NCBI GenBank assembly: GCA_963775425.1
Contig: CAVZJB010000008.1
Coordinates: forward strand, 256,001 to 320,000
Origin: an uncultured delta proteobacterium
GTDB taxonomy: Bacteria; Myxococcota; UBA727; VGSZ01
Direction: 5' to 3'
Length of the DNA: 64,000 bases
In this document: piece by piece, positions 13,011 to 22,642 of the stretch
Numbering within the stretch: position 1 is the first letter of the stretch
Layout: each line of letters begins with the position of its first letter
Notes under the pieces: generated by a model
The model's input: the letters and a program-made list of their open reading frames with translations, nothing else
Databases searched by the model: none
What the model was told of the DNA's origin: nothing
Made by a program: the position numbers and the translations under genes

Positions 13011-16000
13011 ATGCAGATCGCCTGTCCGCAGTGCCAAGCCAACTACAACGTCGACGAGGCGCGCATCCCGACGCAGGGCGTCCAGATCAAATGCCCTCGC
13101 TGCCAGCACACCTTCGTGGTCCCGTCGCCGTCGTCGCCAGGGGCCGTGCCCCTGCCCGGCCAGGGCGGCGCGGTCCCGCTGCCGGGCCAGGGCGGGGCGG
13201 TCCCGCTGCCGGGCCAGGGCGGGGCGGTCCCGCTGCCGGGCCAGGGCGGGGCGGTCCCGCTGCCGGGCCAGGGGCGCAGCCCCGGGGCGGTGCCGCTGCC
13301 GGGCGCCGGCGCGGTCCCGCTCCCCGGCCAGGGCGGCGCGGTCCCGCTGCCAGGGCAGGGCGGCGCGGTCCCGCTGCCCGGCCAGGGCCGCGGCGCGGTG
13401 CCGCTGCCGGGGCAGGGCGGCGCGGTGCCGCTGCCGGGCCAGGGCGCGGCCCCGCGCGGCTCGCTGCCGTCGATGGAGGAGATCTTCGGCACCAGCTCCC
13501 CGAGCATCCCCGCGCCCGCGCCGCCCGCGACGGCGCCGCCGGGGCAGTCGATGTCCATCGGCGACATCTTCGGCGACGACGGCAACAACCCCGCCGAGGA
13601 GAGCAACCGCTCGCCGCACCCGTTCCACGGCAACAACTCCGTGATGGTCGACGCCGGCCGCGAGGTGCTCGACTTCATCAACGACGCCGGCAGCCCGTCG
13701 GCGCCGCCGCGTGAGGAGAGCTTCCAGATCCGCAAGCGCTCGGGCCGCGTCCTCGGGCCGCTGTCGACGACGGAAGTCCTCACCATGTTCCACAAGGGCG
13801 ACCTGCTCGGCAGCGAGGAGGCGTCCACCGACGGTGTCACCTGGCGGCCGCTCGCGCAAATCCCTGCGTTCGCGCAGACCATCCAGCAGGCGATGGCCAA
13901 CGCGCTCTCCGGCCTCGACGACCTGCCGGTGCCCAAGGGCTCCGGGTTCGACAACCTGCCCGCCCCCAAGGGCGCGGGCTACGACGACCTGCCCGTCCCG
14001 CGCGACAGCAACATGGACCTGCCGGTGCCCAAGGGCCCGGGCGGCGTCGACGCGCTCGGCGTCGACACGGGCCAGTTGCGTGACGCCGAGAAGGCCAAGG
14101 CGCTCGTCGAGCGCAAGCGGCAGCGCAAGGAGCGCACGGCGCTGCGCGCGGCGTCGGTCGCCGTCATCGTGCTCCTGTTTCTCGCCGCCGGCATCGGCAT
14201 CAACTTCATCAAGCCCGACGTCGGCTACTTCGGCTACAAGCTCGTCTACCACCCGAAGGGCGCCGCGCTGCCGCCGAAGCCCACGGAGCTGGAGCCGCCG
14301 CCGCCGCCGGTCGCGCTCCCCGCCGTCGACGTCGACACCGAGGAGCTCATCGCGGCGGACACGTACATCGCGTATCGCCAGGGCGCCGAGCAGGCGCAGC
14401 GCGCGGTGGAGGCCGGCAAGGCGGTCAAGCCGTTTCCCGACAGCGCCAAGAAGGCCGCCGCGCAGCACGCGCGCTTCCTCGCGTACCTCGTCCTCGTCGA
14501 CGACCTGCCCGCCTTCGTGCCCAAGCTGCGCGAGTCGCTGGCCCTCGCCGACGGCGACGAGGTCGCCAAGGCGGTGGGCACGGCCGCGTCGAGCTACGTC
14601 GACAAGCAGTGGGACAAGGGCATCGGCGCGCTGAAGCCGCTCACCGACGACAAAAAGAAGCTCACGCCCGAAAGGAGGGCGGAGGTGTGGACGTGGATCG
14701 GCATCGGCGACCGCGGCAAGGCCGACCTCGACGCCGCCGTGAGCGACTTCGACAAGGCGCTGCAGGCCACCACGTCCAAGAAGCTCGCGCTCTACCTGCA
14801 GGCGCAGACGCTCGTGGACGCGAGCCAGCCCGCCCCCGCGCTCGAGTACGTCGACAAGGTGCTCTCGCTCGACCCGACGCACCCGCGCGCCAACATCTTG
14901 AAGGGCACGCTGCTCGCCGACGACTTCAAGACCCTCGATGAGGGAAAGAAGATCCTCGTGGCCATCACCGAAGGCGACAAGGGCAAGGACGCGTCGCCGC
15001 CCGAGCTCGCGCAGGCGTGGATCGGCCGCGCCAACGTCGCCATCGTGGGGCAGAAGTATCCGGACGCGCTGCGCTACGTGCAGAAGGCCGTCGAGCTCGT
15101 GCCGTTGAACCGCACCGTGCGCGTGCGGGCCGCCGAGATGGCGCTGCGCCTGCGCGACTACAAGGTGGCGCAGGCCAACGGCGAGAAGCTCCTCGAGGCC
15201 AACCCCGAGGACATCGACGGCCTCATCATGGTGTCGCGCGCGCGCATGGGAAACCGCGACGCCCTCGGCGCGTACTCGGACCTCCAGGTCGCGGTGAAGA
15301 AGCACCCGAACAACGCGCTGCTCAACTACTGGTTCGGCGTGGCGGCGCGCGAGATGTCCAAGCTCGACGAGGCCCGCTCGCAGTTCGAGAAGGCCGCCAA
15401 GCTCGATCCCAAGCACGCCGACCCCATCATCGACATCGTCTACGACCTCATCGAGCAGGGGAAGCTCACCGAAGCGGTCAAGCGCGCCGGCGACGCCGAG
15501 GACAAGGTGTTCGTCGGCGAGCGCTACAAGGTGCGCGCGGCCAAGGCGTTTGCGTACGCGCGGCGCCGGCAGTTCGAGCAGGCGGAGAAGGAGTACGTCG
15601 CCGTGCTCAAGGAGAGCCCGCGCGACACCGACACGCGGGCGCGCCACGCCACCATGCTCATCGCCCAGCGCCACCTCGACGACGCCGCGGCCGAGATCAA
15701 GAGGGCCGAGGAGCTCGACGCCAAGAACCCCGCCGTCATCGTCGCCGCCGGCGACCTCCTCGCCGCGCGCGGCGACAACAAGGGCGCGATGACCCGCTAC
15801 GAAGAGGCCATGCAGCTCGCGCCCAACAACTACATGCCCTACCTGCATGCGGCGCGCACGGCGGTGGCGCTCAAGGATCTCGGGCGCGCCAAGGGCTTCG
15901 TGGACACCGCGCAGCAGTTGCGCCCGAGCGTCGCCGAGGTGTTGGCCATGCAGGCCATCGTCACCAAGAGCATGGATCCCAAGGCCGCGTCGCGCACGAT

Positions 16001-16601
16001 GGAGCAGGCGATCGATCAGGCCCCCGAGGAGCCCGTCTATCCCTACGAGCTCGGGCTCATCTTCTCGGGCATGGTGGCGTACCCCGAGGCCATCGACGCC
16101 TTCAAGAAGGCCGTCTCCCTCGACCCCGACTACGTCGACGCCTACTACCAGCTCGCCAAGGTGCAGCGGGAGCTCAACCGCATCAAGGACGCCAAGCAGT
16201 CGTTGGAGAACGCGGTGCGCATCGATCCCAAGCGCACCGACTGCTGGCTCGAGCTCGCGGCCATCTACCAGCAGCAGGGCGACGAGGCGGGCTCGCTGCG
16301 CGCCTACGAGCGCGCCCTCAAGGCGGACCCGAAGAACCCCGCGTCGGTGTGCCAGATGGGCGAGACGCTCGTCGTCATGTTGGGCAACGACAACAAGCAG
16401 CTCAAGCGCGGCATCGACGCGCTCGAGCGCTGCGTGAGGCTCGCGCCCAAGCACGAGAGCGCGTGGAAGAACCTCGGCAACGCCTACAAGACGCTCGGCA
16501 AGAAGAAGGACGCCGTCCGCTGCTACGAGCGCCACCTCGCCGTGAACCCAGACGACCCGGACAACGGGGACGTGAAGCAGAGCCTGGCCGACATGCGCTG
16601 A
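13011..16601 (+). CDS. Zinc-ribbon (MJ0042-type) / Pro-rich repeats / GYF_2-like / TM / periplasmic TPR protein (~1196 aa)
   Basis: MQIACPQCQANY..KCPRCQHTF; RKRSGRVLGP..DGVTWRPL; one TM helix (VAVIVLLFLAAGIGI); many TPRs. Confidence 0.85.
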   Translation: MQIACPQCQANYNVDEARIPTQGVQIKCPRCQHTFVVPSPSSPGAVPLPGQGGAVPLPGQGGAVPLPGQGGAVPLPGQGGAVPLPGQGRSPGAVPLPGAGAVPLPGQGGAVPLPGQGGAVPLPGQGRGAVPLPGQGGAVPLPGQGAAPRGSLPSMEEIFGTSSPSIPAPAPPATAPPGQSMSIGDIFGDDGNNPAEESNRSPHPFHGNNSVMVDAGREVLDFINDAGSPSAPPREESFQIRKRSGRVLGPLSTTEVLTMFHKGDLLGSEEASTDGVTWRPLAQIPAFAQTIQQAMANALSGLDDLPVPKGSGFDNLPAPKGAGYDDLPVPRDSNMDLPVPKGPGGVDALGVDTGQLRDAEKAKALVERKRQRKERTALRAASVAVIVLLFLAAGIGINFIKPDVGYFGYKLVYHPKGAALPPKPTELEPPPPPVALPAVDVDTEELIAADTYIAYRQGAEQAQRAVEAGKAVKPFPDSAKKAAAQHARFLAYLVLVDDLPAFVPKLRESLALADGDEVAKAVGTAASSYVDKQWDKGIGALKPLTDDKKKLTPERRAEVWTWIGIGDRGKADLDAAVSDFDKALQATTSKKLALYLQAQTLVDASQPAPALEYVDKVLSLDPTHPRANILKGTLLADDFKTLDEGKKILVAITEGDKGKDASPPELAQAWIGRANVAIVGQKYPDALRYVQKAVELVPLNRTVRVRAAEMALRLRDYKVAQANGEKLLEANPEDIDGLIMVSRARMGNRDALGAYSDLQVAVKKHPNNALLNYWFGVAAREMSKLDEARSQFEKAAKLDPKHADPIIDIVYDLIEQGKLTEAVKRAGDAEDKVFVGERYKVRAAKAFAYARRRQFEQAEKEYVAVLKESPRDTDTRARHATMLIAQRHLDDAAAEIKRAEELDAKNPAVIVAAGDLLAARGDNKGAMTRYEEAMQLAPNNYMPYLHAARTAVALKDLGRAKGFVDTAQQLRPSVAEVLAMQAIVTKSMDPKAASRTMEQAIDQAPEEPVYPYELGLIFSGMVAYPEAIDAFKKAVSLDPDYVDAYYQLAKVQRELNRIKDAKQSLENAVRIDPKRTDCWLELAAIYQQQGDEAGSLRAYERALKADPKNPASVCQMGETLVVMLGNDNKQLKRGIDALERCVRLAPKHESAWKNLGNAYKTLGKKKDAVRCYERHLAVNPDDPDNGDVKQSLADMR
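13140..13445 (+). repeat. 27-bp coding tandem repeat, 11 x (G)AVPLPG(QG)
   Basis: Directly visible GGCG(G/C)GGTCCCGCTGCCGGGCCAG-type units. Confidence 0.95.
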
Positions 16602-16605
16602 TTCG

Positions 16606-17370
16606 TCAGCGGGCGCGGCGGGGGCCGAGCCCGAGCACCACGAGGAGCGCGAGCACCGCGGACGTCGAGGGGACGTGGACGGGGACGTCGCCGGGGCCTT
16701 CGCATTCGGCGCCGTCGACGTCGCCTTCGCCCTCGCCCTCGCCCTCGGCCGGCTCGGCGGCGACGCACACCGGTGTGGCGGCGGAGGCGTTGCCGGCGAC
16801 GTCGGTGACGGTGACGTCGACGCAGGCCTGGCCGTCGACGACGGGGGCGTTGGCGCGCAGGGTGTAGCCGTCGACGGTGGCGCCGACGACGGTGCCGTCG
16901 GCGAGGGACGCGGTGATCATGCCGACCTGGGTGTCGTCGCTGACCTCGAGCCCGACGATCATGTCCTCGCCGCCCGCCGGATCGCCGCCGACGGCCACCG
17001 CGTGGTGGTCGATGACGACCGGATCTTGCGCCAGCGCGGGCGGCGTGTGGTCGGGCGGCCCCGCGGTCCACGTCGAGGTGCTCTCGCCGGCCGCCGACGT
17101 CACCGTGACGCTGACGGCGGCGCCGGCGGCGGGCGGTGCGGCGAAGGGGATGACGACGACGCAGCAGCCGACGGCGACGGGGTCGCCGAGTGAGGCGGGG
17201 GCGCCGTCGACGGTGGCGGCGGCGCCGATCTGATCGAGCGAGGGCGCAGGATCGCCGAGCGCGTACAGCGAGGCGTTCTGCGGCGCCGTGGTGCCGTCGC
17301 GCGGCCGCAGCTCGCTCGGGAACGGGGGCAGCGGCGGCAGGGCGAGGGCGAGGAGGGCGAGGGCGAGCAT
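16606..17370 (-). CDS. Secreted protein with short GE linker and MYXO-CTERM-like C-terminal anchor
   Basis: Signal MLALALLALAL; EGEGEGEG; C-terminal Cys, hydrophobic AVLALLVVLGLG, basic RRAR. Confidence 0.7.
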   Translation of the reverse strand: MLALALLALALPPLPPFPSELRPRDGTTAPQNASLYALGDPAPSLDQIGAAATVDGAPASLGDPVAVGCCVVVIPFAAPPAAGAAVSVTVTSAAGESTSTWTAGPPDHTPPALAQDPVVIDHHAVAVGGDPAGGEDMIVGLEVSDDTQVGMITASLADGTVVGATVDGYTLRANAPVVDGQACVDVTVTDVAGNASAATPVCVAAEPAEGEGEGEGDVDGAECEGPGDVPVHVPSTSAVLALLVVLGLGPRRAR

Positions 17371-17436
17371 GGCGAGAAGGGTAGCGGGTCACAGCGCGCT
17401 TGCACGCGGGTTGCGCGCGCGCCCTCGGGCGGCATC

Positions 17437-18141
17437 ATGCGCGGGATGCCCACCCGTGCCCCCTCGCTCGTCGCCCTCGCCGCCCTCATCGCGCCGCTCG
17501 CGTGCGTCGCCGTCGCCGCTTGCGACGGCACGCCCGGCGAAGGCGAAGGAGAGGGAGAAGGAGAAGGCGAAGGAGAGGGAGAAGGCGAAGGCGAAGGAGA
17601 GGGAGAGGGCGAGCTCGGCTTCCCGCTGCGCACCCCGGGGACCGTGACCCTGCCCTGCGACCCCGGCGGCCTCCTCTGCGACGCCGACGGCACCGCCGAG
17701 GTCCCGCAGATCGACGTCGTGTGCACCTTCCGCCAGGGCAAGGACGCGGTGGTCTACGTGCAGGCGAACCCGACCTCGACGAGCCCGTTCGGCTTCGGCG
17801 TCTACGAGGACGTCGCCGGCTTCCTCCACGACAACGCCGACGACAGCACCGTCGACGTCCCCGCCGCCTACGACTACGGCAGCAACCACCACAACGACGT
17901 CTTCGACGTCACCATCGACGGCGACGTCTACCGCTACAACCACTCGAGCTTCGGCTTCGGCTTTCGCGCGTGCCAGGCGCCGGACTGCATCCAGAAGCTC
18001 GACGCCGGCGGCGCCGTCGTCGACGACGGCTGCACCGCCGACCGCACCATCCCCGAGGCCTGCGCCTACGTCACCGACGGCACGCTCCCGCCGCTCGAGG
18101 ACACGTTCGCGAAGTGCGCCGGCGATCCGAACGGTCCGTGA
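17437..18141 (+). CDS. Hypothetical lipoprotein with (GE)13 linker
   Basis: Lipobox VAVAAC; (GE)13; Cys-containing globular domain (YNHSSFGFGFRACQAPDC); alternative start at 17446. Confidence 0.8.
   Translation: MRGMPTRAPSLVALAALIAPLACVAVAACDGTPGEGEGEGEGEGEGEGEGEGEGEGEGELGFPLRTPGTVTLPCDPGGLLCDADGTAEVPQIDVVCTFRQGKDAVVYVQANPTSTSPFGFGVYEDVAGFLHDNADDSTVDVPAAYDYGSNHHNDVFDVTIDGDVYRYNHSSFGFGFRACQAPDCIQKLDAGGAVVDDGCTADRTIPEACAYVTDGTLPPLEDTFAKCAGDPNGP
17536..17613 (+). repeat. (Gly-Glu)13 coding repeat with mixed codons
   Basis: Mixture of GGC/GGA and GAA/GAG codons. Confidence 0.95.
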
Positions 18142-18143
18142 CC

Positions 18144-18794
18144 ATGCGCGCCCTCGCCGCAGAGCTCGTCGTCGTCGTCGTCGTCGTCGTCCTCGCCCCC
18201 TCCCTCGCCTGCGTCCCCTCGCCCGCCCCCGCGGGCGCAGACGCCGGCCCCGTCGACGACGCCGGCCCCGACGCGCTGCAATACCTCCCGGCCATCGAGG
18301 ACGCCTCCGACCTCGACGCGCTGCGCGGCGAGCAGGGCGACACCAAGTTCCTCGCGCAGGTCGAGGGCGCGCCCGTCACCGCGCCCATCGCCGACGCCTG
18401 CGAGTTCCAGAACACGGCGCTGTACCCGTTCCACCTGCCGTTCTTGAACGCGCAGCCGGGCGGCGAGGACATCAGCTTCGACGAGTACGTCGCGCGCGTC
18501 ATCAAGCGCGACACGCGCGTGTGGTGGGGCGGCGAGGTCGTGTTGCTGCCGTCGACGCCGCACCCGCTCACGGGGGAGCCCGGCGTCCTCGCGTGGTCGC
18601 TGTACACCGAGGACAGCGCGGGCAACCGCCTCACCCTCGACGACGTCCGCGCCGGCGACGCCCGCCTCCTGCCGTGCATGCCCGGCTTTGCGGGGCAGCT
18701 CGCGTTCTCTCCGTCGGACAACGAGCAGCTCCAGACGGTCCGCGACGGCCAGGCCGCGCTCGCCGCCGACGGGATCGCCGTCCTGCTGCCGTAA
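18144..18794 (+). CDS. Hypothetical lipoprotein
   Basis: ATG 2 nt after the upstream stop; poly-Val h-region and PSLAC lipobox; typical codon usage. Confidence 0.75.
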   Translation: MRALAAELVVVVVVVVLAPSLACVPSPAPAGADAGPVDDAGPDALQYLPAIEDASDLDALRGEQGDTKFLAQVEGAPVTAPIADACEFQNTALYPFHLPFLNAQPGGEDISFDEYVARVIKRDTRVWWGGEVVLLPSTPHPLTGEPGVLAWSLYTEDSAGNRLTLDDVRAGDARLLPCMPGFAGQLAFSPSDNEQLQTVRDGQAALAADGIAVLLP

Positions 18795-18818
18795 CGAGCA
18801 GTCGAGCCAACGAGGGAG

Positions 18819-20018
18819 TCATGCGTCGTACACGCGGCCGCGCCAGGCGATGCGGCGGCGCAGGCTCGCGCGCACGAGGACGACGGCGACGCCGGCGTAC
18901 ACCACGGGCAACACGAGCGCGGGCCACACGGGCGCGCCGGCGGTCCTGCGCACGAGCGCCTGCAGCCCCATGGTGACGACGGCGACGACGCAGGCGGCGA
19001 GCGCGAGCGGATCGGGGCTCGCCACGGCGATGCCCGCGACGAGCCACGGCACGAGGGAGGTGGCGAAGGCGAAGACGCCGACGACGCCGGCGGTCCGCCC
19101 GAGCAGCGCCGTGGCGTTCTTGCCGAAGCCGTCCGACAGCTCGGCGAACGAGGCGTACATCCTCGTCGACGCCCACGGGCGCAGGTCGGCGAGGCGGACG
19201 CGCTTGCCGCGCGACTTGAGCGCGCGCGCGAGGGCGACGTCCTCGAGGACGGTGCCGGACACCGCCGCCCAGCCGCCGGCGTCGTCGAGGGCGGCGGTTT
19301 TCACGAGGACGAGCTGGCCGTTCAGGAACGCGGTGGGGTCGACGTCGTCGTGGACGCGGCTCGGCGCGAAGCGCCCGGTGACCACGGAGATCAGCGCCGG
19401 CACGAACATCTGCTCGACGGCGCTCTCGCAGACGATGCGCGGCACGCCCGAGAGCGCGTCGGCGCCGCTTCGGTCCATCGCGCCGTTGAGCGCGGCGAGG
19501 GCGCCGGGCGCGAGCACGACGTCGGCGTCGAGGAAGAGCACGCGCTCCGGAAGCGTGCCGCCCTCGGCGGCGGCGCGGGCGCGGGCGTCGTCGACGGCGG
19601 CCTGCAGCGCGCGCGGCTTGCCGAACACCCCCGGGGGCGGCTCGTCCTCGAGGCGCAGCAGCCGCAGGCGTCCGGCGGCCTGGGCGGCGAGGGCCTCGAC
19701 GACGGCGGCGGTGTCGTCGGTGGAGCGATCGTCGACGACGACGATCGCGGCGGGCGCGCTGTCGTCGGCGAGCAAAGCGCGGAGCGTGGGCCCGATGCGC
19801 GCGCCCTCGTTGCGCGCGGGGACGACGACGAGCAATCCCTCGGCTGCGCCGCCGGCTCGCTCGGCGAGCGGAGGGAGCTGCCGCGCGGGGGCGACCGGCG
19901 TCACAGGGCTCCCGGGGGCCACGCGCCACAACGCCGCGAGCTCCCGGCGGGCGACGACGAGCGCGCTGGCGACGAACGCCAGCGACAGCGCGGCGAGGGC
20001 GAGGGCGACGGCGCTCAC
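18819..20018 (-). CDS. Glycosyltransferase family 2 (CrtQ/HpnB-like, membrane-bound)
   Basis: VVVPARNE, DDRSTD, GKPRAL, LFLDADV, LEDVALAR, RMY; C-terminal TMs and WRGRVY. Confidence 0.85.
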   Translation of the reverse strand: MSAVALALAALSLAFVASALVVARRELAALWRVAPGSPVTPVAPARQLPPLAERAGGAAEGLLVVVPARNEGARIGPTLRALLADDSAPAAIVVVDDRSTDDTAAVVEALAAQAAGRLRLLRLEDEPPPGVFGKPRALQAAVDDARARAAAEGGTLPERVLFLDADVVLAPGALAALNGAMDRSGADALSGVPRIVCESAVEQMFVPALISVVTGRFAPSRVHDDVDPTAFLNGQLVLVKTAALDDAGGWAAVSGTVLEDVALARALKSRGKRVRLADLRPWASTRMYASFAELSDGFGKNATALLGRTAGVVGVFAFATSLVPWLVAGIAVASPDPLALAACVVAVVTMGLQALVRRTAGAPVWPALVLPVVYAGVAVVLVRASLRRRIAWRGRVYDA

Positions 20019-20178
20019 CCGGGCAGGCTAGCGCGCGCGCCCGCGCTCGGGCGCCCGCCCGGCGGGGGACGAGCTGATCGGCGCGGCCGCTCCCTCCGGT
20101 CGCTGATCGCAGGCACGCGTGAGGACGGCGCCAAAAGCGCGCTTTCTCGACCCAGACGCCGGTGCTAATGCCGTCGTC

Positions 20179-21306
20179 ATGTCGCGCGCGGCCGTCGCCC
20201 TTCTCCCCGTCCCCGTCGCCGCCGCTGTCGTGGCGTTCGCGGCCGGGTGCGCGGCGGACTTCCTGCCCGCGTCCGTGGTCATCAACCAGCGCGTCATCGC
20301 CGTCACGGCGGAGCCGCCGGAGGCGGTGCCCGGGCAGCAGGTCACGCTCACCCCCACCGTCGTCTCGCCCGACGGCGACCTCGCCGCTGGCGCCGGCTAC
20401 GAGGCCACCTGGTGGCGCTGTCCGGACTCCGACAGCGACGCCCTGGGCGACTACGACCAGTGCACCAACCCCGCCGACAGAAAAGACATCGCGAGCGGCG
20501 CCCCCTACGTCGACACCGTCCCCGCAGACGTCTTCGGCCCGCTGCCGGACCCGAACGCCGCGCCGGACCCGTCGCAGACCGACCCGCTGCCGTCGGACAA
20601 GCTCCTCGGCGCCATCCTCGGCTACTGGCGCGTCGTCGGCTTCAACATGAGCGCCGCCGCCGGCGACGGCAAGCGCTCGGTGGACGCGTTCAAGCGCATC
20701 CCCGTGTACCTGCCCGTGCGCCTCGGCGACGTCGATGAGCGGCTGGCCGCGCTCGACTCCCACGTCGACGAAAACGGCGACGTCCTGCCGCCCAACCAGA
20801 ACCCCACCGTGTCCGCGGTGCTCATCCACGAGGACAAGGTCGACGGCCCCACCAAGACCGAGCTGACCCACGGCAAGACGTACTTCTTCACGCCCGTCTT
20901 CGACGACGCCACCCTGGAGGACTACATCTCCCTCAAGGTCGACCTGTCGGGGCTCGACCTCTCGGACCCGGCGTCGCTCCAGGCCATCCCCGTCGACGAC
21001 ATGATCAAGCGCTTCCAGAAGGTGCAGCGCTGCGAGATCCCCACGTTCACGTGGTTCGTCACCCACGGGCGCGTCCGCCGGGACACCACGCTCGACGAGG
21101 GCGTCGTCAAGCGCGTGTTCGACGCGCGGGGCGTCGACTGTCCGCCCATCGAGGGCGATCCGCGCGCGCCCGAGGTGGAGTACACGCCGCCCACCGGCGC
21201 CGACGGCGACCCGCTGCCCGCCGACGGCGTGGTCCACGGCTGGGTGGTCATGCGCGACGGCCGCGGCGGCACCGCGGTGCGCTCCTTCGACTTCTCGGTG
21301 CAGTGA
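20179..21306 (+). CDS. Myxobacterial-type hypothetical lipoprotein
   Basis: Lipobox FAAGC; RVIAVTAEPPE, NQNP and VMRDGRGG motifs; stop overlaps the purD start (TGATG). Confidence 0.8.
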   Translation: MSRAAVALLPVPVAAAVVAFAAGCAADFLPASVVINQRVIAVTAEPPEAVPGQQVTLTPTVVSPDGDLAAGAGYEATWWRCPDSDSDALGDYDQCTNPADRKDIASGAPYVDTVPADVFGPLPDPNAAPDPSQTDPLPSDKLLGAILGYWRVVGFNMSAAAGDGKRSVDAFKRIPVYLPVRLGDVDERLAALDSHVDENGDVLPPNQNPTVSAVLIHEDKVDGPTKTELTHGKTYFFTPVFDDATLEDYISLKVDLSGLDLSDPASLQAIPVDDMIKRFQKVQRCEIPTFTWFVTHGRVRRDTTLDEGVVKRVFDARGVDCPPIEGDPRAPEVEYTPPTGADGDPLPADGVVHGWVVMRDGRGGTAVRSFDFSVQ

Positions 21307-22622
21307 TGGCCACGAAGGTGCTCGTCGTCGGCGCGGGAGCGCGTGAGCACGCCCTCGCCTGGCGGCTCGCCCGCGGCGCCGGCGACGCCGCCCTCGCCGA
21401 CCGCGAGATCATCGTCGCGCCCGGCAACGCCGGCATCGCCCGCGAATTCCGCTGCGTGTCGACGTCGCTCGCGCCGGCGGCGCTCGTGAAGGTCGCGCGC
21501 GACGTCGGCGCGGACCTCGTCGTGGTGGGGCCCGAGCAGCCGCTCGTGGACGGCGTCGCCGACGCGCTCGCCGCCGCGAAGATCCCCTGCTTCGGCCCGT
21601 CGCGCGAGGCCGCGCGGCTCGAGGGCAGCAAGGCCTTCATGAAGGCCGTGTGCGTGCGCGCGGGCGTGAGCACGGCGTCGTCGGTGGCGACGGCGCAGCT
21701 CGACGACGCCCGCCGCTTCATCGACGAGCGCGCGCGCAGCGGCCGCGGCGTCGTGGTGAAGGCCGACGGCCTGTGCGCGGGCAAGGGCGTGGTGGTGTGC
21801 AAGACCGCCAAGGAGGCCGTGGAGGTCGCCCACGACATGCTCGGCGACGACGCCCGGCCGCCGCGCTTCGGCGACGCCAGCCGCAACATCGTCGTCGAGG
21901 ACGTCCTGGGCGGCCAGGAGCTGAGCGTGTTCGGTCTGTGCGACGGCCACGACGCGCTGCTGTTCGGCGCGGCCCGTGATCACAAGCGCCTCAAGGACGG
22001 CGACGAGGGCCCGAACACCGGCGGCATGGGCGCCGTGGCGCCGCTCGACGAGCGCCACGGGGTGTCGGCGGAGCTGTACGACAAGATCCGGCGGCGCGTG
22101 TTCCTCCCCGTCCTCGACGAGATGCGCGCGCGCAACGCGCCCGTGCGCGGCCTCCTGTTCGCCGGGCTGATGGTGCACGACGACGAGCCGCGCGTGCTCG
22201 AGTTCAACGTGCGCTTCGGCGACCCGGAGACCGAGGCGCTCGTGATGGCGACGCCCGTGGACCTGCTGCCGCTCCTGCGCGCCTGCGCGGCCGGCGAGCG
22301 CCTGCCGCGCGTGGACCTGCGGGAGACGGCGCAGAAGGCCGCCGTCGTCGTCGTGGCGGCCGCGGGCTACCCGGAGGCGCCGGTGAAGGGCGCGGCCATC
22401 GAGGGGCTCGCCGCCGCCGACGCCCTCGCGGGCGTGAAGGTGTTCTGCGCCGGCGTCGCGAGGGACGGCGACCGGCTCGTGGCGGGCGGCGGCCGCGTGC
22501 TCGCCGTCGCGGGCCGCGGGGCCACCTTCGACGACGCCATCGGCCGCGCCTACGCCGGCGTCGACGCCATCCACATGACCGGCGCGCAGGTGCGGCGAGA
22601 CATCGGCGCTTCCGTTCGTTGA
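21306..22622 (+). CDS. purD: Phosphoribosylamine--glycine ligase
   Basis: GAGAREHA, VGPEQPL, LEGSKAF, KADGLCAGKGV, DHKRLKDGDEGPNTGGMGA, EFNVRFGDPE. Confidence 0.97.
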   Translation: MATKVLVVGAGAREHALAWRLARGAGDAALADREIIVAPGNAGIAREFRCVSTSLAPAALVKVARDVGADLVVVGPEQPLVDGVADALAAAKIPCFGPSREAARLEGSKAFMKAVCVRAGVSTASSVATAQLDDARRFIDERARSGRGVVVKADGLCAGKGVVVCKTAKEAVEVAHDMLGDDARPPRFGDASRNIVVEDVLGGQELSVFGLCDGHDALLFGAARDHKRLKDGDEGPNTGGMGAVAPLDERHGVSAELYDKIRRRVFLPVLDEMRARNAPVRGLLFAGLMVHDDEPRVLEFNVRFGDPETEALVMATPVDLLPLLRACAAGERLPRVDLRETAQKAAVVVVAAAGYPEAPVKGAAIEGLAAADALAGVKVFCAGVARDGDRLVAGGGRVLAVAGRGATFDDAIGRAYAGVDAIHMTGAQVRRDIGASVR

Positions 22623-22642
22623 TCCACCTTGAGGAGGGGCAG

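Noticed and set aside
13140-13445. 27-bp repeats as CRISPR or iterons
   Set aside because: In-frame coding repeats with synonymous variation and no spacers
18168-18191. (GTC)8 as a phase-variation tract
   Set aside because: Triplet unit preserves the frame; it encodes the signal-peptide hydrophobic core
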